64,000 nucleotides of DNA from Acidobacteriota bacterium (GCA_005799825.1 SYFT01000034.1:7629-71628), one strand, 5' to 3'. Shown: positions 44,595-54,799, counted from the stretch's first letter. Numbers and translations are program-made. The notes: generated by a model from the letters alone, not told the origin.

Positions 44595-44606
44595 TACAAT
44601 CTACGC

Positions 44607-47387
44607 ATGCGCACACTGGCGACGCTTGTAGTGATTCTGCTGGCCGGCAGCCTGGGCGTGGCGCAGGGGCCTGCGCAAGCGCCAGCTGAGTATTCGCCGC
44701 TCGGGTACTACGATCTGGTGCAGCACGAGCAGGCGTATCCGGGCGTGGTGGGCAGCGCCGAGGTTCGGGCAGCGCAGGCACAACGCTTCTGGGCCTTCCG
44801 GGGACTGGCCTACCGATCGGCACCCGATCCACTTGCGCCCGTCTGGTCCAGTCTCGGCCCCGAGACCGTCCTCCAAACCACCACGTCCGGCCTGGCGAAC
44901 AGCGTGTCCGGCCGCGTCTCAACGCTGGCCATTTCACCGCTGTGCGAGAAGGACGGGCCATGCCGGCTCTGGGTCGGCACCGCCGGCGGCGGTGTCTGGC
45001 GCACCGACGATGCGCTGAATACGTTGGATCCCAAGTGGCAGTGGATCGGGCGCGGCCTCGGTACCAACAGCATCGGCGCTCTTGGACTCGACCCCAACGA
45101 TCGTACAGGCAAGACGATCTTCGTCGGTACGGGTGAAACCAATCAGTCGAACAACTCGGCGGCAGGCACGGGGCTGTATCGATCCACGGACGGCGGCGAC
45201 CGATGGGTGCGCGTCAACACCATGGTGATCGACACGGTGCTCTCTCCGGCGCCGATCGACTTCACCGCTACCCGCGGCATCAGCACCGTGCTGATTGAGC
45301 CAGGCAACTCACAGACGATCTACGTGGCCACGGCCACGGCGATGTACGGCATGACCGCTGTTCGTGGTGGCCAGAGTCAGGTCACCGGCTCGCTACAGCC
45401 GCGCCCTGGGCTCTACAAGACCGACAATGGCGGCACAACATGGTCACTGGTCTGGGTGCCGCCGCTGGCACCCATCCTGCCCGTGAATCCCCATCTGGGT
45501 GTGGGCGTCAGCGACACGATGACCGGGGTGCGGCACGCGAAGCTCGACCCGCGCAACGCGAAGATCGTCTATGCCTCGGCGTGGAACAACGGCATTTACC
45601 GATCGGCTCCGAGCCTTGAGGCGGGCGATGCCTCCTTCAAACAGGTCTACGCCATCGTCAGCCTCCAGCAGTTCCAGGACCTGGCGATGTTCGACCTGAC
45701 GGCGAAGGATGGCCGTACGCGCATCTACGCCTACAACGGGACAAAGGCGACGGAGCCGCAAGGGCTGTATCGGCTCGACAATGCGGAAGTGGCCGCGTCC
45801 GCGCTGGTCAGCGGCGGGGCCAACACATCGGCGTGGGTCAGTCTGAGTTCTTCGAATACCTCCCAGCCCGGCTCGACGAGCCGGTCCATCTGTTCGTCCC
45901 AGTGTTTCTATGACCTCGTGGTGGCGGTGCCGGAAGGGCAACCCGACACGGTGATCCTGGGGGGCGTGCAGTTGCCGACGTTTGGTGAAGCCACCATTCG
46001 TTCGACGAATGCGGGTGTGAGTTTTGCGGCCCATGGGAGGGACGCGCAGAATCCGCGCGTTAACAGCCACGTGGATGTGCGATCTGTGGTGTTCCATCCC
46101 GAAGACCCGGACATCGCGTTTGTCGGATCTGACGGTGGAGTGGTTCGCACCGACGGGTTGTTCGTGGACATCAGCAGCCGATGCTCGTCGCTGTTTCCCA
46201 CCGCACCACAATGTGCCACGGTGCTGGCGCGTGTGCCCAGCCGGTTGATCTTCATGAACCGTGGGTTGCAGACGATGCAGTTCTATAACGTGTCGATTGA
46301 CCCGAGAGATCCGCTGAAGCGACTCATCGGCGGATTGCAGGACAACGGAACGATCTGGCACGACGGTATCGCTGAGCCGCGCGTGTGGAAGCCGTTTTTT
46401 GCCTCCGGTGACGGCACGTCAGCGTCCGGGTTTCACCCGACCCGTCCAGAGGTGGGCTTCGCCAGCTTCCAGAGCAACAGGTACTTCACGAACTTCCGGA
46501 ACGGCGACCAGAACATGTGGGTGCGGACAGACGTTCCCATCGTGAATTCCGGGGAGCGCGCCACGATCACTGCATCCACGGGCCGGCAATTCATCACGTT
46601 CGATCAGGTCAATCCCGACACGCAGTTCACCGCGTTCCAGCACGTCTGGCGCACACAGACGAACGGTGGCGGCCAGGCATTTCTCGAAGTGAACTGCCGC
46701 ACCACCGGAGCCGTCGCCGGTGCCACGTGCGGGGACTGGCGCCCGCTGGGCGTCGCGTACCCGTTCGCGGCACAGAGTACGCCCGACTCAGCCTCGCGCA
46801 AGCCGGGCGATCTGACGTCTGACTTTTATGGGAGCGACCGCGTGGGGGGCCTCATCGTGGCTGCGGACCGCACGCCCGCTGATGCAGGCACGTTGTGGGC
46901 GGCCACCAACCTCGGCCGGCTGTTTGTCTCAAAGAATGCCGATGGCGTGTCGGCCGACGTGACGTTCACCCGTATCGACACGCCCTCGCTTCCCAATCGT
47001 TTCGTGACGCGCATCGTTGTGGATCGCGCGAACCCCAACGTGGCGTTTATCTCGTACGCCGGATTCAACGCGATTACTCCCTCCACGCCTGGGCACGTCT
47101 TCCGCGCGGTGTATGACCCCGCCACCGGCCGCGCCACCTTCACGTCGTCGGACTTTGACCTCGGAGACCTGCCGGTCAACACGCTGGCGTACGACGACGC
47201 CCGGGGGGATCTGTACGCGGGCACCGATTTCGGTCCGCTGGTGCTGAAGGCCGGGTCATCGCGATGGGTGCTGGCCGGCCGCGGGTTCCCCGAGGTCGTG
47301 ATCGTGGACCTCGAAATCTCGCCGTCGCACGGCGTGCTCGTGGCGGCCACCCACGGCATGGGTATTTTTTCGCTCAATTTGCGGTGA
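44607..47387 (+). CDS. secreted sortilin/VPS10-like BNR (Asp-box) repeat beta-propeller protein
   Basis: ORF 44607..47387 (926 aa). Signal peptide MRTLATLVVILLAGSLGVAQG. Asp-box-like repeats are LYRSTDGGDRW, LYKTDNGGTTW and IRSTNAGVSF. Confidence 0.8.
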   Translation: MRTLATLVVILLAGSLGVAQGPAQAPAEYSPLGYYDLVQHEQAYPGVVGSAEVRAAQAQRFWAFRGLAYRSAPDPLAPVWSSLGPETVLQTTTSGLANSVSGRVSTLAISPLCEKDGPCRLWVGTAGGGVWRTDDALNTLDPKWQWIGRGLGTNSIGALGLDPNDRTGKTIFVGTGETNQSNNSAAGTGLYRSTDGGDRWVRVNTMVIDTVLSPAPIDFTATRGISTVLIEPGNSQTIYVATATAMYGMTAVRGGQSQVTGSLQPRPGLYKTDNGGTTWSLVWVPPLAPILPVNPHLGVGVSDTMTGVRHAKLDPRNAKIVYASAWNNGIYRSAPSLEAGDASFKQVYAIVSLQQFQDLAMFDLTAKDGRTRIYAYNGTKATEPQGLYRLDNAEVAASALVSGGANTSAWVSLSSSNTSQPGSTSRSICSSQCFYDLVVAVPEGQPDTVILGGVQLPTFGEATIRSTNAGVSFAAHGRDAQNPRVNSHVDVRSVVFHPEDPDIAFVGSDGGVVRTDGLFVDISSRCSSLFPTAPQCATVLARVPSRLIFMNRGLQTMQFYNVSIDPRDPLKRLIGGLQDNGTIWHDGIAEPRVWKPFFASGDGTSASGFHPTRPEVGFASFQSNRYFTNFRNGDQNMWVRTDVPIVNSGERATITASTGRQFITFDQVNPDTQFTAFQHVWRTQTNGGGQAFLEVNCRTTGAVAGATCGDWRPLGVAYPFAAQSTPDSASRKPGDLTSDFYGSDRVGGLIVAADRTPADAGTLWAATNLGRLFVSKNADGVSADVTFTRIDTPSLPNRFVTRIVVDRANPNVAFISYAGFNAITPSTPGHVFRAVYDPATGRATFTSSDFDLGDLPVNTLAYDDARGDLYAGTDFGPLVLKAGSSRWVLAGRGFPEVVIVDLEISPSHGVLVAATHGMGIFSLNLR

Positions 47388-47452
47388 GGGAAAAAGACGT
47401 CGGGTGTCTTTTTGGCGGGGGCAGGCAAAAAGACACCCGACGTCTTTTTCCC
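47388..47452. repeat. nested palindromic repeat, copy B (26-nt perfect arms, 13-nt spacer); likely bidirectional terminator
   Basis: gggaaaaagacgtcgggtgtcttttt (47388-47413) is the exact reverse complement of aaaaagacacccgacgtctttttccc (47427-47452). It starts on the base after the TGA at 47385-47387 and ends 11 nt before the convergent stop at 47464-47466. There are T-runs on both sides. Confidence 0.9.
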
Positions 47453-47463
47453 TCGGGCCTGAT

Positions 47464-48528
47464 CTAGAACTTGACGAAGAGTCCTGCAGTGATGACGTAG
47501 CGCGTCTGGAGCCCGGTGGTGGAGAACGCCTTGAAGCCCGTGAGGGGCGGGCCGGAGAGGCTGGATTCGCGGCCGGTGGTGCGGTTGTTGCTGAACTGGA
47601 TCGCGGGCGTGGTGAAAGACTCGATGAAGCCTTCAGGTGTGCCGGTGGTGACCGCTGGCTCGGAGTCGAGCAGAAGTGCGAGCGTCTGCTGCCCCAGTAA
47701 TAGGCGGCCGTCGAAGGAAAATCCCAACCGATCGCTGAGTGTGCGTCTGACGCCGACCCCAACAACGCCCGCCAGAGCCGTTCCCTGTTCATAGCGCAGA
47801 CGGAGGATGTCTGTTTCGCTGATGGGCACGCTGCCGAGAATGTTGAAGCGGTAAGTGCCGGTCAGCGTGAGCGATGGCAACTCGCCCACCCGGTGCACCA
47901 GGCCAGCGCCGAGCGTGACGTAGGGCGAAAAGCTGCGAGTTCCGATCGTCCACTGTGCGGCTACGGTGGTCGCGAGGTCGCGGCTGGAGGGATTGGCCAC
48001 CAACGTCGTTGCGGCGACCGATGTGTTGGTAAACGGACCCGTCGAGAGAAGGCTCGAGAAGGCCGTCACAAAACTCGCCCGTGCTGTTTCAACCGCGGTG
48101 GTCAGTTCCGGCGATACCGTGCGTGAGCCGGGCAGCATGTCCGCGCTCAGTTCAAGGGCCAGGCGACCGCTGAGCACACGCCTGATGCGGAGGCCAACCG
48201 CGGACGCATTATTGCCGGAGAGGCCGAGCGATGTCAGGGCCGAGTCGAGCGACGCGATGCGGCCGGACACGCCGAATTCTGCATTCACACCGTTGAGCAG
48301 GTTTGATCCGTCGCCCAGGAACCACGTGGACACGCGGCGGCTGGGGTTGATCGGCCCCGAGGTCGTCAACGGCGCGCCGGCTCGAGGCAGCGCCGATTCG
48401 CCTCCGGTGGGCAGATCGAAGAGTGAGAGTCCGCCAACTCCTTCCACGTGCCAACGGAATGTGCTCGTTGGTGACTGCGCGGCGGCCGGTACTGCCAGCA
48501 GGGTGAGGACGCAAGCGACCCATCTCAT
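47464..48528 (-). CDS. outer-membrane beta-barrel protein (hypothetical)
   Basis: ORF 47464..48528. Signal peptide MRWVACVLTLLAVPAAAQ. The sequence alternates hydrophobic residues in a Ser/Thr/Gly-rich background. The C-terminal ...YVITAGLFVKF ends in Phe, as in OMP sorting signals. It is the last gene of the efflux operon strand. Confidence 0.7.
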   Translation of the reverse strand: MRWVACVLTLLAVPAAAQSPTSTFRWHVEGVGGLSLFDLPTGGESALPRAGAPLTTSGPINPSRRVSTWFLGDGSNLLNGVNAEFGVSGRIASLDSALTSLGLSGNNASAVGLRIRRVLSGRLALELSADMLPGSRTVSPELTTAVETARASFVTAFSSLLSTGPFTNTSVAATTLVANPSSRDLATTVAAQWTIGTRSFSPYVTLGAGLVHRVGELPSLTLTGTYRFNILGSVPISETDILRLRYEQGTALAGVVGVGVRRTLSDRLGFSFDGRLLLGQQTLALLLDSEPAVTTGTPEGFIESFTTPAIQFSNNRTTGRESSLSGPPLTGFKAFSTTGLQTRYVITAGLFVKF

Positions 48529-48549
48529 ACAGTCGAGACTGTATCAGTC

Positions 48550-51500
48550 TTACGAGGGCCGGCGCACCAACCGGCCGACCCTTGTGCGCAGACCCGACAG
48601 GACGTCGTAGAACGTCGGGATCACGAGCAGGGTCAGCACGGTTGACGTGATGACCCCTCCAATGACGGCACGGCCCAGCGGTGCTCTGAAGTCGGCGCCT
48701 TCGCCAATCCCCAGGGCAACAGGCACCATCCCCGCGATCAACGCAAAGGTCGTCATCAGAATCGGGCGCAGGCGCTGGCGCCCGGCTTCGATAATCGCCT
48801 CCTGGCGCGGCATGCCGGTGGCTTCAGCCATTTTCGCGAAGTCAATGAGCAGGATGGCGTTCTTGGCGACAATGCCCATGAGCAGGATGACGCCGATGAG
48901 GCTCATGATGTTGAGCGTGTCGCCGGTCAGCATGAGCATGAGCACCACGCCGATGAGCGACAGCGGCAGCGAGAGCATGATCGCCAGCGGATCGAGGAAC
49001 GATCCGAACTGCACCACAAGCACGAGGTACATCAGCACGACGGCCACGCCCAGCGCGATGATGATACGTGAGAACACTTCGGCCTGATCCTCGGTCTCAC
49101 CGCCCTGCGTGATGGCGTAACCTGCCGGCAACGTAACGCCGTCGATGCGCGTCTGGATGTCGGCGATCACCTCGGTCAGCGGCCGTCCCTGTGTGTTGGC
49201 CTGGATGGCAATGACGCGATCGCGGTCCAGGTGGTCGATACGGGCGGGCCCCAGAGCCGAGGTAATCGTCGCCACCTGGCCCAACGGAATTGCGCCCTGA
49301 CGGCCATCGGCAGCACGAATCATGATGGGAAGTGACGCGAGATCGCTGGACCGCTGCCGGGCGTCGGGCGCCAGGCGCACCGTCACATCCCTGGTTTTAC
49401 CGGTGGGGTCCACCCAGTCGCCGGCATCAACGCCCGCGAATGCCGGCCTGAGCGCCTGCGCCACGTCGGCCACGCTGATGCCGAGCGAGCCGGCGAGGGC
49501 CCGATCCACGCGCACATCCATCTCCGGCTTCTGGCCGCGCGTGGAGAATCCGACGTCCACCGCTCCGGGCACCTGCCGTACGTGCGTGATGACTTCGTCG
49601 GCGATACGCGTCAATTCCCGGGAGTCCGCGCCCCGTACCTGCACCTGAATCTGTTTCTGGTTGTCGAGGCGCCCGCTCGAAAGCGACGCCACAACGCCAC
49701 CCAACTGGCTGTACTGGCCCCGAAGGTCTGCCGCGATCTCGTCCTGGTGGCGCGCCCGCGTCGCTTTCGGGGTCAGCCGCACGTAGACCGTGCCTTCATC
49801 CACGGCGCCGGTCTGATTGCCAATGGTGGTGTAGGTGTAGAGCACTTCACCCGTCTTCGCGCGCGCCAGTGCGGCCGCCTCCTCGGCCTTGCGCTTCGTG
49901 TAGGCCAGACTCGACCCCGGCGGCGTTTCCACCTGCACGATGAATTCGGAGACGTCCTGCGTCGGGAACAATCCGCCGCCGAGGTAACCGAGCGCAGGCA
50001 TCGCCAGGGCGAAGACGAACGAACCGATCGCCAGCGCGACCATCGCAAATCGATGCCGCAGCGCCCAACTAATCACGGTCTTGTAGCAATCGGCCTGCCG
50101 GTCAAACCAGCGATTGAACACAGCCAGGCCGCGCGAAATGAACCAGCGCTGGGCCATCGGCACCTGCGGGTCGGGCCAGTACGCCGACAGCATGGGGTCG
50201 AGTGAGAATGAGACAAACAGCGACACCAGCACCGAGAAGGCAATCGTCAGGGCAAACGGCGCGAACCACTGTTCCGCTTCGCCACCCATGAAGGCGATCG
50301 GCACAAACACGACAATGATCGACAACGTGGTGGCCGTGACCGCGAGGCCGATTTCCGACGTGCCTTCGCGCGACGCGTCAAAGTGGCTTTTGCCCATCTC
50401 GATATGGCGAACGATTTTCTCGCGGACCACGATGGCGTCATCGATCAAGATGCCGATCGCGAGTGAGAGGCCGAGCAGCGACATGGTGTTGAGCGTGAAG
50501 CCAAACGCCATGACGGCGATGAACGACGCAATCACCGATACCGGCAGCGCTAGGCCGGTGATGACAGTGGACCGCCAGGAGTTCAGGAACAGGAACACCA
50601 CCAGGACCGTGAGTAACGCGCCTTCAATCAGCGCGGACCGCACGTTGGCCACAGAGTTCTCCACTCGCGTGCCGGAATCGCGGACGATGTGCAGCACCAC
50701 CCCCTCAGGTAGGGAGGCCTTGATGCTGTCGGCTTCGGCGCGGACGGCGTCGGCCACAGCCGTCGTGCTGAAGCCGCGCGACTTCTTGATGTCGATGCCG
50801 ACCGCGTCCTGCCCGGAGTACACCGCCGTGGTTCTCGGCTCCTCGACGCCCACCCGAATCGTGGCGACGTCTCCGAGCCGAATCACGCGACCGTTGCGTT
50901 GCGCCACCGTCACGCGTTCGAAGTCTTCCGCCGTCTCCACCCGACCCCGGAGCCGAATCGTCCGCTCGTCGTTCGTACCCTGCAGGCGACCCACGGGCGC
51001 GGCCAGATTCTGCAGACGGACCGCCGCCACGATCTCCGCCACGCTGACGCCGGCCATCTGCAACGCCTCGGTGCGGATCTCCACCGACATCTCACGCGTA
51101 TTCGCACCGGATACGTCCACAGACCCCACCCCAGGCAGGGCGCGCAGCCTGCGGGTAATTCCGGGATCTGCAAGCAGCGTCAGCTCCGAAATGGCGAGGG
51201 TGTCGGATGCCAGCGCGAGCGACACGACTGGAAAATCGGTGAAGCTGATCTTGGTGAGCACCGGCTCTTCCATCTCGGGAGGCAGGTCGTTCCGGATCTC
51301 GTTGATCTCGTCACGAATCTCCTGCACCGCTTCCTGCAAGTCCTTCTCATACGTGAACTGGATCGTGATTGTCGCGAAGCTGTCGAGCGATGACGACTGA
51401 ATGTCCTTCACGCCGCTGATGCCGGCCAGCGATTCTTCAATCGGTTCAACGATCTCCCGCTCCACGTTGTCGGGTGACGCACCCGGATACGGCACGGCAA

Positions 51501-51639
51501 CGACGACGATCGGCGGCTGGACTTCCGGAAACTCATCGGTGTGAAGCTGCGTCAGCGCCACGAGGCCGAAGACGACGAGAGCCAGCATGGAGACGACGGT
51601 GATGACCGGTCGCCGGATGGCAAAATCTGAGATGACCAT
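48550..51639 (-). CDS. RND efflux transporter permease (AcrB/CzcA superfamily)
   Basis: ORF 48550..51639 (1029 aa). It has an N-terminal FAIRRPVITVVSMLALVVFG segment, two large periplasmic loops and 12 predicted TM segments. Confidence 0.92.
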   Translation of the reverse strand: MVISDFAIRRPVITVVSMLALVVFGLVALTQLHTDEFPEVQPPIVVVAVPYPGASPDNVEREIVEPIEESLAGISGVKDIQSSSLDSFATITIQFTYEKDLQEAVQEIRDEINEIRNDLPPEMEEPVLTKISFTDFPVVSLALASDTLAISELTLLADPGITRRLRALPGVGSVDVSGANTREMSVEIRTEALQMAGVSVAEIVAAVRLQNLAAPVGRLQGTNDERTIRLRGRVETAEDFERVTVAQRNGRVIRLGDVATIRVGVEEPRTTAVYSGQDAVGIDIKKSRGFSTTAVADAVRAEADSIKASLPEGVVLHIVRDSGTRVENSVANVRSALIEGALLTVLVVFLFLNSWRSTVITGLALPVSVIASFIAVMAFGFTLNTMSLLGLSLAIGILIDDAIVVREKIVRHIEMGKSHFDASREGTSEIGLAVTATTLSIIVVFVPIAFMGGEAEQWFAPFALTIAFSVLVSLFVSFSLDPMLSAYWPDPQVPMAQRWFISRGLAVFNRWFDRQADCYKTVISWALRHRFAMVALAIGSFVFALAMPALGYLGGGLFPTQDVSEFIVQVETPPGSSLAYTKRKAEEAAALARAKTGEVLYTYTTIGNQTGAVDEGTVYVRLTPKATRARHQDEIAADLRGQYSQLGGVVASLSSGRLDNQKQIQVQVRGADSRELTRIADEVITHVRQVPGAVDVGFSTRGQKPEMDVRVDRALAGSLGISVADVAQALRPAFAGVDAGDWVDPTGKTRDVTVRLAPDARQRSSDLASLPIMIRAADGRQGAIPLGQVATITSALGPARIDHLDRDRVIAIQANTQGRPLTEVIADIQTRIDGVTLPAGYAITQGGETEDQAEVFSRIIIALGVAVVLMYLVLVVQFGSFLDPLAIMLSLPLSLIGVVLMLMLTGDTLNIMSLIGVILLMGIVAKNAILLIDFAKMAEATGMPRQEAIIEAGRQRLRPILMTTFALIAGMVPVALGIGEGADFRAPLGRAVIGGVITSTVLTLLVIPTFYDVLSGLRTRVGRLVRRPS

Positions 51640-51642
51640 TGG

Positions 51643-52812
51643 TTAGATACCCGACGGGAACGCGGCGGTCTTCGGAATGGCGCCGACCACGCGTACCGGA
51701 GTGCCTGACGTGAGTGTTTTCGCCGCACCCAAAATCAGGACGTCGCCTTCAGCCACTCCGCTCCGCACTTCGATCAGTTCGGTGTCCGATTGCCTGATGC
51801 CAAGCGTCACCGTGACACGTTCGGCTTTGCCGTCGCGGATGCGCGTGACCGTGGCGGTGGGTCCGGTTTCGTCCACGGCGCCTGCCGGGACGACGACTCC
51901 GCGCCGGGTTTCGGCGTCGACACGGCCTTCAGCGAAGAGTCCGGCGATGAGCCGCCCCCCGGTATTGGGCAGCGTGACAAAGATCGTCACTTGGCGCGTG
52001 ATGGGATCCGCCGTGGGACTCAGGCGATCGATGGTGCCGGTTACAACCTCATTCGCCAGGCCGCGGATGCGGAACCGCACCTTGGCGCCGGGGCGCACGA
52101 GCGAGATCTGGTCTGAGGTGACCGCGGCTTCCAGCCGCAGGCTCGACGGGTCGATGATGGTGACGATCGCCGTGCCGGGCGAGACGATGTCTCCGGCGTT
52201 GGCGGCCCGCTCCGAGACGATGCCGCTGATGGGCGCCTTGACGACCGTATCGTCGAGTTGCTGCCAGATGGCCTTTTCGCGGGCTTTGGCGGCCGCCAGT
52301 TGCGCCTCCGCACCCGAGACTAGGTTGTGCGCCTGCTCGAGGTCGCGGGCTGCGAGCGCGCCGCCTTTGACCAGCGACTCGCTGCGGGCGGCTTCGCTCC
52401 GGGCCACAGCCAGCGACGCTTCGGCGGATTTGACCGCCACCTGCGCCGACGCCATTGCATCATCCAGATCGCGCGCGGCGATGCGGCCGATGACGGCATT
52501 GGCCCTCACCGCCTGGCCGCGGTCGATCGTGAGCGACACGAGCGGTCCGCCGACCTGCGCACGCACCGTTGCTTCGCGGGCGGGTGTCAATTGGCCCGAG
52601 ACAAACGGGCCGGACGTGATGTCGGCCATTGTCGCGGCCGTCACGTTCTCCGGCGCGAGCTGGACGACCGCGGGCGCGGCTGTGGCTGCCGATCCAGGGG
52701 CGGTCTCGGCCCCACGAGTGGCCCCGGGCTCCGGGGAGGCGTCGCCGCAGGCGGCAAGAGTGGCGGCCATGGCGACAAGTGCCGCTGTGAGTACGATTCG
52801 TGAGTGACGCAT
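51643..52812 (-). CDS. RND efflux periplasmic adaptor (membrane fusion protein)
   Basis: ORF 51643..52812. It has a lipoprotein-like signal (LAACG), a coiled-coil hairpin region and a beta-barrel segment VVKAPISGIVSER. Confidence 0.9.
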   Translation of the reverse strand: MRHSRIVLTAALVAMAATLAACGDASPEPGATRGAETAPGSAATAAPAVVQLAPENVTAATMADITSGPFVSGQLTPAREATVRAQVGGPLVSLTIDRGQAVRANAVIGRIAARDLDDAMASAQVAVKSAEASLAVARSEAARSESLVKGGALAARDLEQAHNLVSGAEAQLAAAKAREKAIWQQLDDTVVKAPISGIVSERAANAGDIVSPGTAIVTIIDPSSLRLEAAVTSDQISLVRPGAKVRFRIRGLANEVVTGTIDRLSPTADPITRQVTIFVTLPNTGGRLIAGLFAEGRVDAETRRGVVVPAGAVDETGPTATVTRIRDGKAERVTVTLGIRQSDTELIEVRSGVAEGDVLILGAAKTLTSGTPVRVVGAIPKTAAFPSGI

Positions 52813-54176
52813 TATTCGTTTCCTACCGGAAGGTGTGGCAGCAGGGCGACTCGGGCCCGCGCCAGTTGGAGGTCGCTGGCGGCCTGGGCGCGATTGGCCT
52901 GCGCGGACTGCAGCGCGAAGCGGGAGTCTGAGAGTTCGAGCTGAGTGGAGAGCCCCTCACGAAATCGAAGATCGGCGATCTCAAAGGCGCGCGCCGCCTG
53001 CGTGATGGTGCCCGCCGTGGCTTCCCACGCGGCCTGGGCGGCGCCCAGGTCGCGCAGGGCCGTGTCTCGTTGAAGCGTCGCGGCCTCTCGCGCCTGTTTG
53101 AGCCGCGCCTGGGCTTCAGTCAGATCCGCGCGGGCGGCGCGGGTTTCGGCCCGGGCCAGATAGCCCATGAACACCGGCATTGTGACCTGTGCGCCCAGGG
53201 TCCAGTTCTTCCTGATCTTGCCCAGGTCGGGAAGGAGGTTGCCGGGATAGTTGGTGAGGCCGAAACCCGATACGAAGTTCACAGCGGGCTTTTTGGCGGA
53301 GTCTACGATCGTGATGCCCAGCTCGCGGACGCGCACCGTGAGTTCGGCTTGTTCGAGCGTGGTGCGGAATGCATCGTTGGCAGAACCCTCGGCTTCAGCG
53401 AGTGCGCCAGCGAACGGCGCCGGCGCGGCCAGTTCGGCCGCTTCAAGGTCCACGTCCAAGCGGAGGTTGGTGTCGGCCGGCAGTTCGACCAACTGTCGCA
53501 GCCGCCGGTAGGTCGCGTCGCGATTGGCGCGCGCGCGAATCACGGCCGGGCGCTGGTTGTCGCGTTGCACCTGCGCGCGCAGGACTTCGAACTCCGCCTG
53601 GCGGCCCGCGTCGAACGCCTGGCGGGTCTGCTGATACGCGGCGTCGGCCTGTTCGTAACCCGACTGCGCGATGGCGGCCAGGCGGTCGCTGAGCGCCGCG
53701 TCGTAATAGGCGCGGGTCACGTCCAGTTGCATCAGCGCGCGCGCGGAGGATGTGCCCAGTTCAGCCGCACGAATGCCCGCCGTGGCCTGCTGCCGTTGCG
53801 CCCAGATGCGTCCCCCCGAATACAACGACTGCGACAGTGAAAACATAAGGCGGTAGGTGTTGGCCTGGCCGAAGGGTAACTCGCTGAAGTCCGTGCCCTC
53901 GTCTCCACCTCCGCCACTGTCGTCGAAGATGCCGCTGAATTCGGACGCAAGGGTGCGGTCGTAGGCACCGGCGAAGGTGATCTGTGGATAACGCTGACTG
54001 TTGGCGCGTCCGAGGCCGGCATGAGCGCGGGATTCGCCGGCGCCGGCAATGACCAGGGACTCGCTGTGGGCCTCTGCGCGGCGCAGGGCCTCTTCGAGCG
54101 ACAGTACCACCGGCGATTGGGCTGCTGCCGCCGAGGCGACCAGGACGAAGACGAGGAACGCGGGAACTATGCGCAT
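52812..54176 (-). CDS. TolC-family outer membrane efflux protein
   Basis: ORF 52812..54176. It has a signal peptide, LSLEEALRRAEAHSE at the N-terminus and duplicated coiled-coil repeats. The stop overlaps the MFP start by 1 nt. Confidence 0.9.
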   Translation of the reverse strand: MRIVPAFLVFVLVASAAAAQSPVVLSLEEALRRAEAHSESLVIAGAGESRAHAGLGRANSQRYPQITFAGAYDRTLASEFSGIFDDSGGGGDEGTDFSELPFGQANTYRLMFSLSQSLYSGGRIWAQRQQATAGIRAAELGTSSARALMQLDVTRAYYDAALSDRLAAIAQSGYEQADAAYQQTRQAFDAGRQAEFEVLRAQVQRDNQRPAVIRARANRDATYRRLRQLVELPADTNLRLDVDLEAAELAAPAPFAGALAEAEGSANDAFRTTLEQAELTVRVRELGITIVDSAKKPAVNFVSGFGLTNYPGNLLPDLGKIRKNWTLGAQVTMPVFMGYLARAETRAARADLTEAQARLKQAREAATLQRDTALRDLGAAQAAWEATAGTITQAARAFEIADLRFREGLSTQLELSDSRFALQSAQANRAQAASDLQLARARVALLPHLPVGNE

Positions 54177-54766
54177 TGCGAATTTACCGGACGCGCGCCA
54201 ATCGCGCGGAGGAAGAGGCCGAGATATAGCTCGATGCCGTCTTTCATCGAGTAGGGATAACGCTCCGGCATGGGGTCGCGGCCCATGGCATCGGCAAAGA
54301 GGGTGCCCATGAGCATGGCCGCGGCGGCGCGAGGTTCGAAGTCGGCGGCGAGCAACCCCCGCGCGCGGGCATCAGCCAGATATCCCGTGAGCTCGTTGTT
54401 GATCGTGATCGAAACGCACATGGCCTGTTTGCACTGTTCGGGGTGTTCCTCAAATTCTCCCATCGAGGTGCGGATCAGGGAGCGGAGCTTGTGGAGATGT
54501 GTGTGATGGTCGCGCGCCCATTCGGTGAGCTCGGTCGTCGGGTCGGTCGGCACCTCCGGTAGGCGCTTGTACTTGGTCTGTTCCACGAACGCATCAAGGG
54601 CGGCGTGGATGAGGGTTTCCTTGGTGGGGAAGTGGCGGAACAGGGTCACTTCGTTGACCCCGGCTTCCTGCGCGATCCGCCGGGTGGTAGCCCCGCGGCT
54701 GCCCATTTCGGCAAACAGCTTCAATGTGGCTTTCAGGAGCGCTTCGCGGACGTCGCTAGCAACCAT
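54167..54766 (-). CDS. TetR/AcrR family transcriptional repressor
   Basis: ORF 54167..54796 begins at TTG; I prefer ATG 54764-54766 (MVASDVREALLKATLKLFAEMGSRGATTRRIAQEAGVNEVTLFRHF is the HTH). The 3' end overlaps the TolC start by 10 nt. Confidence 0.88.
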   Translation of the reverse strand: MVASDVREALLKATLKLFAEMGSRGATTRRIAQEAGVNEVTLFRHFPTKETLIHAALDAFVEQTKYKRLPEVPTDPTTELTEWARDHHTHLHKLRSLIRTSMGEFEEHPEQCKQAMCVSITINNELTGYLADARARGLLAADFEPRAAAAMLMGTLFADAMGRDPMPERYPYSMKDGIELYLGLFLRAIGARPVNSQCA

Positions 54767-54799
54767 GGCTTTCGACGTTACTCGCTTTTTGGGCAAGTT

